DNA from: Cenococcum geophilum
Lineage: Eukaryota
DNA length: 64,000 nucleotides
Reading direction: 5' to 3'
Assembly (NCBI GenBank): GCA_050273025.1
Contig: CP158635.1
Coordinates: forward strand, 27,714,001 to 27,778,000
Under the pieces are notes generated by a model, which did no database searches, had not been told where the DNA came from, and was given only the letters and a program-made list of their open reading frames with translations. Position 1 is the first letter of the stretch, and every line of letters starts with the position of its first letter. Below are positions 63,873 through 64,000 of this stretch, piece after piece. Both the position numbers and the translations under genes were made by a program.

Positions 63873-64000
63873 TGTCACGGGACTCACACGTTCTCACGTC
63901 CCTGCGCGTTTTGACGTTCTTGACCCGTGCTCACGTTCGTCCCGAGACACCTACGCACGTTCCCCTACAACCCCTATTTATACCCGACCTGGCACACGAA
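63873..64000. mobile_element. Start of a further probable LTR (TGTCACGGG...), cut by the window end
   Basis: Homology to the Gypsy A leader stops abruptly at an LTR-type TGTCAC terminus. The sequence is GC-rich with little RIP. Confidence 0.55.

Overview
Filamentous-ascomycete (probably Dothideomycete-like; inference) genomic DNA. AT-rich, RIP-mutated nested transposon blocks (about 1-4.9 kb, 6.9-23.9 kb, 25.7-28.8 kb, 47.3-64 kb) alternate with GC-balanced gene islands. Ordinary genes are an alpha/beta-hydrolase, pyruvate kinase (7 introns), a coiled-coil protein and a few hypotheticals. The most notable locus (24.6-34.3 kb) is a regulated-cell-death module. It has an intact fungal gasdermin-like gene (RCD-1/HET-Q1 family) convergent with a TPR-CHAT (caspase-like) protease gene. 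The pair was pushed apart by a hAT transposon whose 8-bp TSD overlaps the protease stop codon, and the protease carries one in-frame TAG between its TPR and CHAT parts. A decayed HeLo-like/ankyrin gene lies next to it and a patatin/NACHT remnant lies further on. Beside the module is a ~17-kb AcademH-like DNA transposon (transposase + RecQ-like helicase + a third, Zn-cluster-like gene) that appears to split a host gene. It hosts a Copia element, which in turn hosts an ORF1-only poly(A) retroposon. The right end is a Crypton interrupted by nested Gypsy elements and a MITE. All family assignments come from motifs read by eye; no database searches were run.
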